The position numbers and the translations under genes are program-made. Shown in pieces: positions 1-13,174 of a DNA stretch of 64,000 bases; position 1 is the first letter of the stretch; each line of letters starts with the position of its first letter. Below the pieces are notes generated by a model. It saw only the letters and a list, made by a program, of their open reading frames with translations. It was not told the DNA's origin and made no database searches. Source of the stretch: Schmidtea polychroa (lineage: Eukaryota); NCBI GenBank assembly GCA_044892525.1, contig CM097885.1, positions 1,986,001 through 2,050,000 on the forward strand, given 5' to 3'.

Positions 1-447
1 CTAAATAAATTTTATTTGACAAAGGATTATAGAACGGGACCCAACAAATATAAAGTCAAGATTTACGCAGAAAGGAACCTCAATAATACGTGCTAATGTT
101 GTGACAAAAGATGATAAAATAAATTCCAAATTCTCACCATCCTGTGGTATTTAATAGAATCTTAATTAATTTATATTTGACATCTTCCAGTTTTACTCTT
201 ACAATTTCATCTTATTAATTTTCTGAAAAACTTTATATATTTTTTCTGTTTAATTTTTTACTTTTTATTTACTTATTTTGAGGTTGTAAAAGTAAATTAT
301 TCTTAAGTGAGGTTGAAAAATTAAATTATGTTAAATTGAATAGTTTCGAGTAAAATTAAAACCGAAATTGAACGAAATAGAATGGCGATTAAGCAGAGAA
401 TTAATAAAATTATTTGCCCATAATAAGCTTTAAGCCTTTAAATTTTC

Positions 448-946
448 TAGGCATCTCCAGTCTTTCTTGGAGTTGATAAGCCGATTGAGCATCTCACCGA
501 CATGGAAATGTATAATTTCTTTGAAGGTGGGATTAGAGGTGGGATAACCTTTGTGAATAAGCATTTTGTTCTTAGTGATGAAAATACGGAGTTGTTGTAC
601 ATTGACATCAACAACTTGTATAGATGGGCTTTATCACAAAAGCTTTCCGACGGTGGTTTTGAATGGGTAATTGATGATACTGTTTTAGAGAGATTATTAA
701 TTAAGTACACAACGGTAAATTTAAATATGCTTGATAGAAGTAGATTTAAAAATACCGAAATCTGTCCATGACAAACTGGTTGATTTTCCGGTAGCTCAAG
801 GAAAGATGTGTCCACCTTTTTCTAAAGTGGAGAAGTTGTTACTTTCACACGATCTGAAAACACACTATGTTCTCCATTGGCGACTTCTCCAAATCTTTCT
901 TGAGTTAGGTGTTGTTGTTACCAAGGTACATAGTGTTGGCGCTTAG
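448..946 (+). pseudogene. Degenerate fragment of a protein-primed family B DNA polymerase (Polinton/Maverick or adintovirus-like)
   Basis: Two frames (502-771, 731-946) give EHLTDMEMYNFFEGGIRGG, LLYIDINNLY(R)WALSQKL..GGFEWV and IEVDLKIP..VHDKLVDFPVA..KLLL..DLKTHYVLHWRLLQ.FLELG...TKVH. These match the pPolB motif A region of metazoan Polinton-type elements. Frameshifted and truncated. Confidence 0.8.
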
Positions 947-2763
947 GAATGTGTCATTTAAATGTTCTAGAGTTACTTAGGGATTTTCAATCGACTCCTT
1001 CCTAAATGCCTTCATGACTATTTTACTTGATACCATCTGCGTACCAATGTTAGCAACCATGTTACTGATTTACACAATGGTGAAAATCAATGAGCAGGTG
1101 AGTTGTACTGCTAGAGCTACTCCTTATTGTATTTTCATTTTCGGGTTCTGGACTGCCAATAGAAGGTCTTACGTCACTGCTCATTATCTATTTCTTTCTT
1201 AGATTATTGACATTCATTTATTCGTTTAATTATGGTCCTCATTTCTTGATGTTATTCAATGTTATTTTCGAAAATTTTGCGCAGAGATTCCACCTTATTT
1301 ACCAGTTCATAAATGTTGTGCTACATTTTCTACAATAATTGAGGTTATTCGGTTTGCTCTTCGAAAATTTAAGCAGGGATCTGCCTATATTTCTTATTCT
1401 GACGTAAATTAATTTTAATTACTAGAGAATTTTCTAATTCCACCTATAAACTAAGTCTTCTCTATGTTTTCTCAAAATCTATCTCCTTTTTATTATTATC
1501 AACCTATTATTCCCCTTTGCCCTTGACATGGCGTAATTCTCAGTTTATTAAAAAATTTTTAAAATCATATTAAATTTACTTGAATAAAATTTAGAAATAG
1601 ATAATAAAAAGAACAACAAAAAAATAAATGATTTATTATCTTGTTTACATGATATTTTTCAAGCACAATAGAAACTATTATTAGCGTATATTTTCAAAAA
1701 AAATACTAGAAAAACCGAATTTAAACCAAAAATCGTAAGTATTCACCCATACGATACATTACCAATGACTGTAGGATGAAATAGTAAACCATTGTATCTT
1801 GGGTTGCGTCGGAAACGACACGAAAGGGTAAAATGTAAATTACCTGAGATCCCCCACATTAAAAAAATTTTTTTATTTTGTCAATAACTTTGAAAATAAA
1901 GATTAACAGCATTATAATTATTTTTTGTAATCAAATTTCAGGCATTATAGAGGTAATTATGATGTTTATTCCTCAACACGATTTATACTTTATTTTTGTT
2001 TTACTTGATGTGATATCATATTATTTAATTCAAATTGGTGTGGTTGCATATATGTTTTTTCGATGCAGTTCTAATCCAACACATTTATACACAATTTAAA
2101 TAAAAAATACACAATTTAACTAAAAAATAGATTATTAATTATAATTTTCACATGTAATTTTAAAATATTTTTTTTAAATTAAAATATTAAATTTTTAAAA
2201 TTTTTTTTTGATAATTATTATTTATATAAAATTATTTAAAAAATAAAATATAAAAATTTATTTACAATTTTTATATTTATAAAATTAATTTATCATTAGA
2301 AAATCAAAATTAAAAATTTTTAAATTAGAAATATAAAAATGTTTCAATAAATTTTAAAATTTTATATTATTAATTTATAATTTACACCAGATTTACTGAC
2401 ATTAAATGACAATTTGACGGGTGTCCATAAAAATAGGTATATACAACACATTTCCGGTAAACTAAAAGGTGACAAAAAAGGATGGTGATCTATTCGCGTA
2501 TCACTGTATCATTAATAACCAACATAAAAAAAATTGGCAAAAATAATATTTCTCTTTTATTTTTAATTTTAAAAATTAAATCCGTCAAATTAACGGGTTC
2601 CGTAAATCTAGTGATAAAAAATCACAATTTAAATCAAAATTTAAAAAATTAAAATTAATTTTTATTTTTACAAAAAAATTTTTAAAATAAAAAAAAATTC
2701 TAAATATTTGTTCGAATATATTTAATTGTTATTTCATATTTAACATTTAACATTCTCTCAACA

Positions 2764-4383
2764 ATGCCTCCGAAATTTCTTACAAAATCCGAAAGGAAAA
2801 CATTGGAAGAAGAACAAGATCAACAATTGATCAGTTGCATCAAATTGTCCCATAATTTTGTCAACAAAACCGAAGATCAAAGCGCACCAATGAAATCATT
2901 TGCACTTGAAAATTTGAACATGACGATCCTTGAAAAGGTTTTGCTCAAAGATTCAACTATCACAATTGAACATGGGAAAAGATATGGTCTTATTGGTAGC
3001 AATGGATCCGGTAAATCTATCCTATTCAAAGCCATTCAAATGGGCTTATTCGACTTTCCAAAGGATTACACAATTGGAATTGTCGAAGAAGAATGTCTTG
3101 CTGATGGAACTAAAGTTGTCGAATGCTTTGTTGGTAAAGATGAAGTTGAAGATTTCATGGTGAGATTTGCTGACGTGAAAAGCAGAGCTGTCAACAAGAA
3201 GAACAAAGATGTTGAAGTACCAAAACTCGTGAAAATATTAGATGGAATGGGATTTACTGCTGAAAAGATGAATGACCACGTTGGTAATTTATCTGGTGGT
3301 TGGAGAATGAAGATTAGTTTGGCAACTGTTCTGATGGCTGAACCAGATCTTTTACTTTTAGATGAACCAACTAACATGTTGGACGATAGAACTATCAAAT
3401 GGTTGTCGGGATTTTTGAAAGAATGGAAGACGAATTTATTTTTCATTTCTCATGACGGAGGCTTTTTATCTAACGTTGCAACGGATTTGTTATCGATTGA
3501 AAATAAAACTGTCGTACATTATGCTTGCAAATACTACGAATGGTTGAGGAATCAAGAACTCGACAGAGATAAAGTTAGAAATCAAATCCAAGAACAAAAG
3601 GAACAGAAAGCGGAATTGATGGAATACATAAAAAAGTTCGAAAAGACAAAAAAGAAAGAAGTCGCTGCTAAAAGACAACAAATAAAAAAGATGCCCGTCA
3701 TCGATGAAAGTATTCTAGAACCGAGAGAAATCTGGAGATTTCCCGCTTGCTTGAAAATCAAGTGCGCTACAATTGAAACGAATGAAATGGGATTCAGTTT
3801 TGGTCCCGCTAAAGAAATATTTAGAAACATCACATTACGCGTTCAACCCGATTCTAAAATCTGCATCCTCGGAGACAACGGTTGCGGTAAAACTACTCTA
3901 TTGAAGATCTTCATGAAAATCCTCAAACCCACCAATGGAAACATGTTCTTAAATGATCGAACAAATGTCGGCTACTTCAGCCAGCATTACGTCGACCATT
4001 TGGAACTGGATAAATCAGCAATTGAAATTATGCAAATCCGAGTTCCCAACTGCAAACTCGAAACTTATCAAAGTCATTTGTTGAAATTCGGAATCACAAG
4101 TGAAGATTGGAACATTCCCGTCAGATGTTTATCATCGGGACAAAAGTCAAGAGTAGCTTTCTCCACTATTTACATGCAGAAGCCTAACTTTTTGATTTTC
4201 GATGAACCGACAAGTCATTTGGACAAAGATGGAACTGAAGCTTTAGAGGATGCTTTGAGGAAATTCAAAGGAGGAGTTATTGTTGTTACTCACGATGGAA
4301 GGATGATGTCAAATGTTTGCAAGGATTTGTGGTACATCCAGAACAGAACTGTCAGCGTTGTTGAGGACGGCTGTATGATATAA
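2764..4383 (+). CDS. ABC-F family ATPase, ABCF3/GCN20-like; intronless, divergent, short N-terminus (539 aa)
   Basis: Two NBDs and no TM segments. NBD1: GSNGSGKS, LSGGWRM, LLLLDEPTNMLD, ISHD. NBD2: GDNGCGKT, FSQH, LSSGQKSRVAF, LIFDEPTSHLD, VTHD. A charged helical linker lies between them. DEPTNMLD and QKSRVAF resemble ABCF3/Gcn20. The ORF is uninterrupted and AATAAA overlaps the stop. Confidence 0.9.
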   Translation: MPPKFLTKSERKTLEEEQDQQLISCIKLSHNFVNKTEDQSAPMKSFALENLNMTILEKVLLKDSTITIEHGKRYGLIGSNGSGKSILFKAIQMGLFDFPKDYTIGIVEEECLADGTKVVECFVGKDEVEDFMVRFADVKSRAVNKKNKDVEVPKLVKILDGMGFTAEKMNDHVGNLSGGWRMKISLATVLMAEPDLLLLDEPTNMLDDRTIKWLSGFLKEWKTNLFFISHDGGFLSNVATDLLSIENKTVVHYACKYYEWLRNQELDRDKVRNQIQEQKEQKAELMEYIKKFEKTKKKEVAAKRQQIKKMPVIDESILEPREIWRFPACLKIKCATIETNEMGFSFGPAKEIFRNITLRVQPDSKICILGDNGCGKTTLLKIFMKILKPTNGNMFLNDRTNVGYFSQHYVDHLELDKSAIEIMQIRVPNCKLETYQSHLLKFGITSEDWNIPVRCLSSGQKSRVAFSTIYMQKPNFLIFDEPTSHLDKDGTEALEDALRKFKGGVIVVTHDGRMMSNVCKDLWYIQNRTVSVVEDGCMI

Positions 4384-5077
4384 ATAAATGTTTTAACGAA
4401 TTATACTTTGCTTAATTATTAAAAATATATATTTTTACAACTGTTATTTGATTAATTTTTTTCTGAAACCTTTCTAATAATAGCAAATTTGGATATGATT
4501 TAGCAAGTTAGGGCATATATATAATAAAACAATTACTTAAAATAAATTATAGATATAATTAAAATATTATAAATAGAAAAAATCTATATTTGGTAACAAC
4601 TAGTGTAACTAATACTAAAAATAGTAATTATAATATTACTAATAATATTTACAAGATCTTAAATAATTTATATAAATAAATTGCTGTTATGGTAACATTT
4701 AAGAAATTATAGATAATTCAAGGAAATTTTGATTATTTTCAGAAGTATTTTTGCTAAACCTGGAAGTTTTTGATCAGTTTGCTCATTTGTGATTTTGAAG
4801 AAAATGAAGAGAACCGGATGTATTTTTCATTTATCCTGTGGTTCTCACTGCATTAGGCCATAGCGTATGTGTGTATCTATCCAGTACCTTTACACATTTG
4901 AAATATTAAAAGAAAACAAAAACAGATCAAAGGTGAACGAAATAATAACAAATATTTTATTGATTAACATTTTAATAATAATTTCCTAAAATCACAAAAA
5001 AGTAATTAATGAAAAATATGATAATCCTTTACTGTAAGTTTCAAGTTCATTAAAAACAAAAAATGAGAATTTTCGAC

Positions 5078-7538
5078 TAGGGACTCTGAAAAACAGTGGT
5101 TTTCAAAAAACAGCTGTTTAACTGTTTCTGATTCTTAAAAAACAGCTGTTTTACTGTTTTTAAATGTTTTTACTGTAAATAATGTAAGGAAAAAAACTTT
5201 TTAATATGAAATTAAAGCCTTTTAATTATTTATTTGATTTATTATAATAATATTTCAAAAAGACCAATGCTTGCAGTGATTTATCTGATAGACGAGATCG
5301 AATTTTTGTGCAAAAACTTGAGGTGACCGAAAAAACGCGTGGAAGTGGGTTTGATGGTCAAAATGGCATTAAAGAGTTTTTGTAGGTTTTCAGTTCGCTG
5401 TCCAGTGTTCTTGAAAAGTGTAAATTCCGACTTTAGCCACTTGACAGCATCATTAGCTGGCGTGACTGTAGTTTCACTTTTTTGAAGCAAAGCATTTAGT
5501 TCCTCCTGCATTGATAAATTTACAGATATTTCTTCTTGAGGTAATTGATCGCCAGTATCTTCGTCAGCAACTTCAAATAGTCGTTTTGCAAGACTTCCTG
5601 CAAAATTAATCGTGTTTCTCGAAGGCACAATCGATGGATTTTTCAGGCTGCGTAAGAGATTCATTAGGTCGGGATTGAGTCTTTCACCAACTCGCTGCTT
5701 TAGATTTTCCAGTAATTTCTCTGCAATTTCATTTTTAATGTTCGATAGTTTTGTGAACATAAAATTTAAAATTGTATCTGCGCTCATTAAAGTTGAGTCC
5801 TCTCTGCTAAGATTCTCTACTGCTAGCTTAACTGGCTCCATTGCTGCTAGCAATGATTTCAGAGCGCCAAAATCAAAGTTTTCAATCAGATCGAGTGCTT
5901 TGAAATCCTGAAGAGTCTCACGAATTGATGCTTCGGTTTTAATTAACGGTTCAAGCATGGTTGGGATTGAATTCCAGCGTGTTTTCACATCCAGATGCAG
6001 TTCAATTTCTCGAGAGTGAATTTGTTTGATATTTGATTGAAGCACATGATTTCGAACAGGTGAATGTTTGAAGAATTTGACAATCTTGCGAGACTTTTTG
6101 AGTATTTCATGATAATCGATCTCATTATGGTTTTCATTGATTAATTCAAAATCGGTTGGTTCATTAAAATTATCTTCCTCGTTTGAATCTTCATCAATGA
6201 TGATGGGTTCTTCAATTTCTGATTTCTTTTTGTACAAAGTGTCATATACTCTAAGGTGTAAACCGTGATTGAGACAGAACTGACCGATAACATCAATGAG
6301 GCTGATAAATCTTTGATTAACTGCAGCTCCATCCTGTGTGGATCCAACCAAATCTTTTTCCATTGAAATGCCAAACGATTTGAGATGATCTCGAAGAATT
6401 TCAATCATGCTAAGAGCGTTGCAAGAACCGAGAATGCGCACGAGGCCTGTCTTATAAGTTTTATTGGAATCTCTCTCATAGTCATGAATATTAATTCCGA
6501 AATATCGACGACCACGTAAAGTTGTAGCCTCATCGACGGTCATGCTGAACTTGATACCTTTCGCAACCTTCGCTTGAATCTCATCAACCATTTTCTTCTG
6601 TTTTTCTTCAAAATCATCGTGCAATAGTTTCATGACATCAGTTTCATTCGCAGGCAATTTGTGACCATCGTATGTTAAGGATTTTCTAATAAACTTATTT
6701 CTTGTTATTGCTCGAATAGTTACTCCATCCGTTGCCATGTCTGACACAATTTCTTTGAGAGATTCTCGTTCAAAAAAGTCAGCAACAGCTTTTGTCTCTT
6801 TTCGGTCTGAATTCCATTCTTAGATGTGCTTGGTTCCCCAGCTTGATCAAACTTGATGCCATGCTGCTGTAGATGCCTCTTTAAAGTTGTCGTTGAATTG
6901 CCAGAGCACTTAATTATGCTATTGCATCGATTGCATTGACCTTCAAGCTCTTTTGTGTGCGGATTCCGTCGTTTTGTGGCAAATTCCCAAACAGAAGCCA
7001 TTACTAATAGAAAATTAATCATTTAAAACAATTAAAACAAATTAAAATCGTTGATTTATTACTGAAAATAATTAAATCAGTAAAAATATTTATTTCAGTA
7101 AAAGTTGCAATGCTTATTTTATAATGTGAAAATAAACACAAACCAGTGCTGTTCATTTATATATAAGTGGTGCTATGTCTAGACGTCTAAACAATGCATT
7201 GACTGTTGACCTTGAATGGAAAGCGGTCGCGTTGTGTGGCATGTTGAGCAAAGGCTGTCCATTGATTTGCCTAGCATATGATGCGTAAATGACGGGTTAA
7301 GACGATTAAATGACGCGAGACAGGTCAATTCAGAAAAAATTGAGAAAAGAACGCTGAATGACGTGTTTTCTGGTTCTTAATGACGGGAAAACCCGTCATT
7401 TTTTTTAACAGTGAACTTTAAGTTTTACTGAAAAACAGTTAAAAACAGTTATGAAAAAACAGCTGTTTGCTGTTTTTGATTTTTTGACGAAAAAATAACT
7501 GTTTTACTGTTACTGTTAAACAGTATCCAGAAACCCTA
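5078..7538 (-). mobile_element. hAT DNA transposon, both ends intact, 8-bp TSD
   Basis: TIRs TAGGGACTCTG (5078) and revcomp TAGGGTTTCTG (ends 7538). Perfect TSD TTTTCGAC at 5070-5077 and 7539-7546. AAAAACAGCTGTTT subterminal repeats at both ends. Confidence 0.95.
5260..7002 (-). pseudogene. hAT transposase (BED zinc finger + DDE core + C-terminal dimerization region), frameshifted
   Basis: BED finger VWEFA..C..C..GNSTTTLKRHLQQH in ORF 6720-7022. Core SMTVDEAT, TQDGAA, CLNH, DVKTRWNS in ORF 5281-6747. There is a frame change at about 6750-6790, and the catalytic PTS..ERxFS motif is disrupted near 5340. Confidence 0.9.
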
Positions 7539-7595
7539 TTTTCGACAATGAAAAGTCCTGTTCAATTAGTCAAATAAAATAGATTGATTTCGATA

Positions 7596-8010
7596 TACGT
7601 GGTGCACCAAAAAAGTATCCGGCCTACCACAGTTAAAAACTGTAAACTAACAGACAACATTTTTTATTAGTGCAACATAACTACCTAAACCAATTGCCAT
7701 CAGTATCCAAACACTTCTCCCAGTCTCAAATGAACCTTGAGAAAATGAGGGTGATTTTTCTTTATTGTTCTCATTTGTCGAGGGCGTGCGATGCCCCGAT
7801 CTCTATCATTTACACTTTGATGTCCCCTTTAGATTCTGCCACCTAGAATTTAATTGTAGACTTCGATAGAGAAATATCCATATAGGCTCGTGCCAAACTT
7901 TCAATAATTTTCAGGCTACTTTGGTCAAAACTAAGGCAAAACCGAATGGCATTTCGATACTGCACTTTATCCACAACTTCCACTTACATTGACATAATTG
8001 TGTGCTGCGC
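7596..8010 (-). mobile_element. Internally deleted mariner-like element remnant
   Basis: Minus strand reads VDKVQYRNAIRF...LARAY.DISLSKSTI..*VAESK.G.QSVND.DR.G.P (mariner N-terminal HTH pattern) and WEKCLDTDG (mariner C-terminus). TA-flanked TIR-like TACGTGGTGCACCAAAAAAGTATCC at 7596. Confidence 0.6.
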
Positions 8011-8089
8011 CTAACATAAAAGGCAAAATCAATAATATATTATCCGCAATAAATATATTATCCGTAATTTAGGGATAATCTGTCTTTTG

Positions 8090-8245
8090 ATTGAAACTTG
8101 ATTTATATTCAAAATAAAAGATTTTACAGATATTTGTTTAAGTCTTAGATGTTTGATAACTGATGAATTACCACCAGAATCAAAGCGTTCTTTAACTTTT
8201 TGATGTAACTCTCCACACATGCTTCCAATATATAATTGTATATAA
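8090..8245 (-). mobile_element. Old Penelope-like GIY-YIG fragment
   Basis: YIGSMCGELHQKVKERFDSGGNSSVIKHLR aligns with YIGSTLRTLHQRVKEHLDPGGTSSLGRHLR of the PLE at 10095-10442. Confidence 0.6.
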
Positions 8246-9623
8246 TACAGTGGACCACACTATATCGGGTGCATGCCTTTTTGGTGTCCATTTGAATGTG
8301 CTTTCTTTCCTAATCTAGTAGCCAGAGCTTTCCTCAGTGTCCAAGATTTATATCCAAGATTTCCAAACACAAAACGCTAGCAATCCGCGATCTTCACCAA
8401 AGACTAAGCACCGGTCCGCAACGTGCAGAACTTTAAGAACCGCCGGTTTATTTATAGCTAGCTCATTATCAATAAGTCAATATAAATAAATTAGGTAGAT
8501 GAAGCAAATTACAAATCAAAAATCTCAGTCGGTGTCAGTAAAGCTTGAAACGACTCCGCATCTCGATAAACGATATTTCTGAAAAACATATTCAAATAAA
8601 TTTTGTTTACATTACTAAATTTAAAACAAATAATATTTTACACAAATTTTGCTATGTAGAAATTTTACAATCAAAATGAGAAATATTTGTCTTATTTTGA
8701 TATTTTCACCTCAAATTATTAATTTATTAATTAAATTTTTAATCATTTTAAATTATTATTTGTTTTTAATCAAAAAATTTTTTTAATAATAAAATACCAA
8801 AAAACTCATTGTTAAGTTTCCTACTGTTGATATTTCATACGTAAACAAAGGTACAAAGGTACTCAATATACGAGGTGATGCATATATTTCTCAGAAGAGG
8901 GGGGGGGGTATTAAGGTTCGAGAACTGGACTAATAATTAAAGTAAAGGATGAATTTTCTGTCAAAATGTTGAATTCAGTTCACTCATGTCATAATGTCCG
9001 TTCTCAATTTGAACGTCAACACCAAATCTCTCCATCAAAATCCCCTTGAGAAATCCTCTTTATAACGCCAGGAAATGGTGAGAATAGAACGAACAAGATA
9101 ATTAATTAAATTTAACTGCGAAACTGCACAGATTTCAGATGGAAAAAATACTTGAATGCCTAATTTACCTAATTGCCCTACTTTAATTCCACAGGAAGCA
9201 GTGCATGCGATTGGAACAATGTTGCAAATTGACTGTTCACGGCCCACTGGATGGCAGGGGGCTGCAAGAAATGAATAAGATTCCCAGGGGCAATTTATTC
9301 TGTACCAAAATTATTTACCGGCTCACCGACTCAATGAACACTCAATTCGTTGGTTTTTGATGGGAATATTCTACAGTTGTTGACAATGATGGGAAAATGA
9401 GTGAAACTGATCCGTTCTATATTTGGAATACAATGAACTTCATTTCATTTTCCCGCGCAATTTCTTTTATTAATAGATGAAATAAGAAATAAAAATTTTA
9501 AATTCTGAAATTATTTCTCTCGTAAAATTATTTGTTATAAAGATTTAAAATTAACTAAATTTTACATTTGATTTAAACAAAAATAATGCACAAAAATTAG
9601 AGAGTCGAATTTATAAAAAAATG

Positions 9624-9677
<54 letters not shown>

Positions 9678-9678
<1 letters not shown>

Positions 9679-10845
9679 GATAGTCCTTGTCAATCTCCTG
9701 GAATTTGCAATTTTCTTCCCCCAAATACCTTTCAATCTTTCTTTTATTTCCTTTCTCTTAATTCTCATTGGTTGTAAATATAATGAATTGTTTTACTAAA
9801 AACTTTTAAAATTTTTACATTTAAAATTTCAAAATGACACAAACTAAAAATTTTTTAAATTTTTTACAGCTTCTATAATTAGCTTCTAGAAGCCTAATAA
9901 AATATTTGAAAATATTCTAAATAAAGCCTCCAATAACCACTTATATATTCTATTTAAATATTTCAATAAATGTGTCAATTTTGATTTTCAAACCCTATTT
10001 TTTTAAATTTTTTTTTCTATATTATTCTAATTATTACTTTTTAATTTATTCTATTTTTTTTAATTTCTTTATATATTGTCAGTTATTGTCAAAGTCAATG
10101 ACAACAGATCAAATTCATGATTTCATTGATTTCTTCTTTAGTGTTGATCTTTGGCTGTCTGTTTATGATGAGAATTGCTTCTTTGATTCTGACATTTTTC
10201 TTTTGGATGTTTCCATTAGCTATGATTTCTATTGAAATATTTTTTCTTTCTTCTGTTGGCTGACACTGCCGGAGATGTCTGCCCAACGAGGATGTTCCAC
10301 CAGGATCTAGATGTTCTTTAACTCTTTGGTGCAAGGTCCTGAGGGTACTTCCAATGTAGATTTCATTGCATACATTGCACGTGATGCAATAGACGATGTT
10401 TTTTCTAAAGCACATATCTTTCGGTGTCTGGCAGTTTTTCATTGTGCAATTGTTTTCTCTATTTATGTTGCCTGCCAGAGCCCTTCACAATATCCAAGAT
10501 TTATGTGCTATCCGAATTGGAAGACAGGTACGTTTAAGTTCTTTCAGGATCTTGAAGTCGAGTATGTCACTGATGAATGGGATATTCAGATAGAAATATT
10601 TCTGATTCTTTTGTGTTAATTCCCTAGATCTTCGTACCGTAACAAGTTGATTTCTCTTAATTTCTTTTCTAAGCATTGAATAGCCTCTTTTGGTTCGATA
10701 GATGTGTATAGTGATACGACATCAAGGCTAAATGGGTATTTGAATTCTCTATGACAAGTTATGTTATTATTTAATCTTGTCATGAGGCAGTCGCTGCTTT
10801 GAAGATGGTGTGGTATCGTGTCCAATATAGGTTTCAAGATCTTTG
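9678..10845 (-). mobile_element. Penelope-like element, family A (5'-truncated, internally deleted RT + GIY-YIG + 3' UTR)
   Basis: RT motif A YPFSLDVVSLYTSI, linker LNIPFISD, and GIY-YIG NIVYCITC..C..IYIGST.R.LHQRVKEH...IKEAILI...PKIN. The 3' UTR is nearly identical to 46190-46750. It ends in (AAT)n in the middle of its HHR. Confidence 0.9.
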
Positions 10846-10859
10846 CAATAAATATTTTA

Positions 10860-11100
10860 CTACAATATATTTCAACAGACTAACTGTTACCGTCAAGTAG
10901 AATTGATATTCAAACTAAATCAATCTAATTTGATCTTTTTAAAACAAACTAATTCATTAATTTTTTAAATATAATTTTGTTAAAAATCATAAAATTCTGT
11001 TTTCTCAATTCAAATTTTTAAAAATTCTAAAAGTTTTAAAATTTTAAAACTTACAAAAGTAGAAATCAAACAACATTTCAATAAATATTTCACAACATTG
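10860..11100 (-). mobile_element. PLE-type pLTR/3' UTR fragment (family E) with degenerate hammerhead at 10860-10900
   Basis: Homologous to 36719-36975. Minus strand reads ctac TTGACGG t aacag-ttagt-ctgtt GAAA tata tt gtag. Confidence 0.65.
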
Positions 11101-11515
11101 TGGTTAGGCAGTCATATCGAAATCTATATAAATCCTATATGATGAATTCGTTATAGAGGGATGGACAGTAAAATATTTTATTTCAAACCTTTAGGATGGT
11201 TTGGAAATTTTACAGACGCTGTTGTTGGGATATGAATGTTAGAATGTTTGCTGAGGATAATTACTGTAAAACCGCTAATAATTTTCATTGGGAATTATTT
11301 TTTATTTGATGCAATATAGAAATGGAAATTATTAAAGGAATAAATATCATAATGGGATAGCAAGAGCTGGAATATCTAAACGGACCATCTCAGGATGAGG
11401 AAATTTGAATTTAGGAAGTGAAATGGGATTGAAGTCAGACAGATGTAAAGGGGTAAGGGAGGTTGGCTTTAATTCATATATTGCGACGTGATGTATGAGA
11501 GGAGAGCGCTAATAC

Positions 11516-11902
11516 CAGGGGCGTATATTCAGGGTGTGCTAGGTGTGCGGCGCACACCCGCAAAACCATCTAAAATATAAATTTAGAAATTTAGAAAATT
11601 TAGGGCATAAAGCGACCATATTGTTTTGCATACACTATATGCCATACAGTAGTATTTGTAAGCGCTTGTATTTGTGAGCGCGTGAATAGTGTGCATTGAT
11701 ATTTGTCAGTCGCTCGGAACGTTTGCGCGCGAGCAACGGCCATATAACAACGCTTGTGGCTCTTCAACTGTGCGCGCGGACGGTGACTCATGTAAATTGT
11801 TCCGAGATTTAACTGCTCAAGTCGATCTGTCCGCTGGCAGCGCTCAGTAGTAACATGTTTTTTTTAAGCACACCCAATATTAACATCCACCGTACGCCAC
11901 TG
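11516..11902. mobile_element. Non-autonomous hAT-type MITE (387 bp)
   Basis: TIRs CAGGGGCGTA / CAGTGGCGTA. Perfect 8-bp TSD GCTAATAC at 11508-11515 and 11903-11910. GC-rich interior. Confidence 0.9.
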
Positions 11903-12020
11903 GCTAATACTATATAAATGTAATATAACGGTTTTGAGCGGTTAGATTTTGAAGTGCTGGTTTAAATATTTCATTATATTTGATTAAAAGCCAGGCAGCC
12001 AATTACACGGAGGGGTGCAG

Positions 12021-12136
<116 letters not shown>

Positions 12137-12637
12137 TCACTGGAAGCGCAAATCCTTTGAGGGCGTGGAGGAGAGAATTGACAACCACACCAAAACTACC
12201 ATAAAAGTACATAAAAGGCATTTGCAAGACCAATGAAAGGAATAATTCAAGCATAAAAATAAAATAAAATTCCCTTTCTAACTTGGTAAATTATTAAATG
12301 ATTCGCGAAATTTGTTTTAATCAGTCGAATTTTGATTATTTTTGGAATTTTGACCATTTGTTACAACCGATATTAATAATTATATTATAACTATTATTAT
12401 CATAATATTTATTGGAGCGAACTCACATTAGGGAAAATACATATTTCTGCTTCATGTGAAGGAAATGCACCTGGGGGGGGGCTGCGTATCAGTATAGTGA
12501 TAAATTATAATTAATATATTATATAATTTATTTTTACGTATCCTTTATAAATTCCAATGTAAATATTTAATGTATTTTTATATGATTTGCTATTATACGC
12601 ATTGTTTGCCCTCTAACGGTATTGGAATCTGATGATG

Positions 12638-12695
<58 letters not shown>

Positions 12696-12940
12696 TAATA
12701 TTAATAAAAATAATAAATATATTATAATAATTGACCATCTATTGGACAATTTATGGGAAAACTTTATTGAACAGCATTCTTGTTGATAAAAACCTGTCAG
12801 CTTATAGCAGTGCCAAGCACCCCCCTGTCCCTAGGGAAACTTTAAATAAACAGAAAAAATGGATGACTAATTACAATACAAATTTCTCCAAATTCAATGT
12901 TTGTAAAAATCTTTATGCAAATTATAAACTATTGAAGAAT

Positions 12941-13155
<215 letters not shown>

Positions 13156-13174
13156 TAAAATAATAATACAATAA

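Noticed and set aside
1505..1832. piggyBac-like end ..GACACGAAAGGG(TAAA)
   Set aside because: There is no TTAA TSD and no clear matching left TIR.
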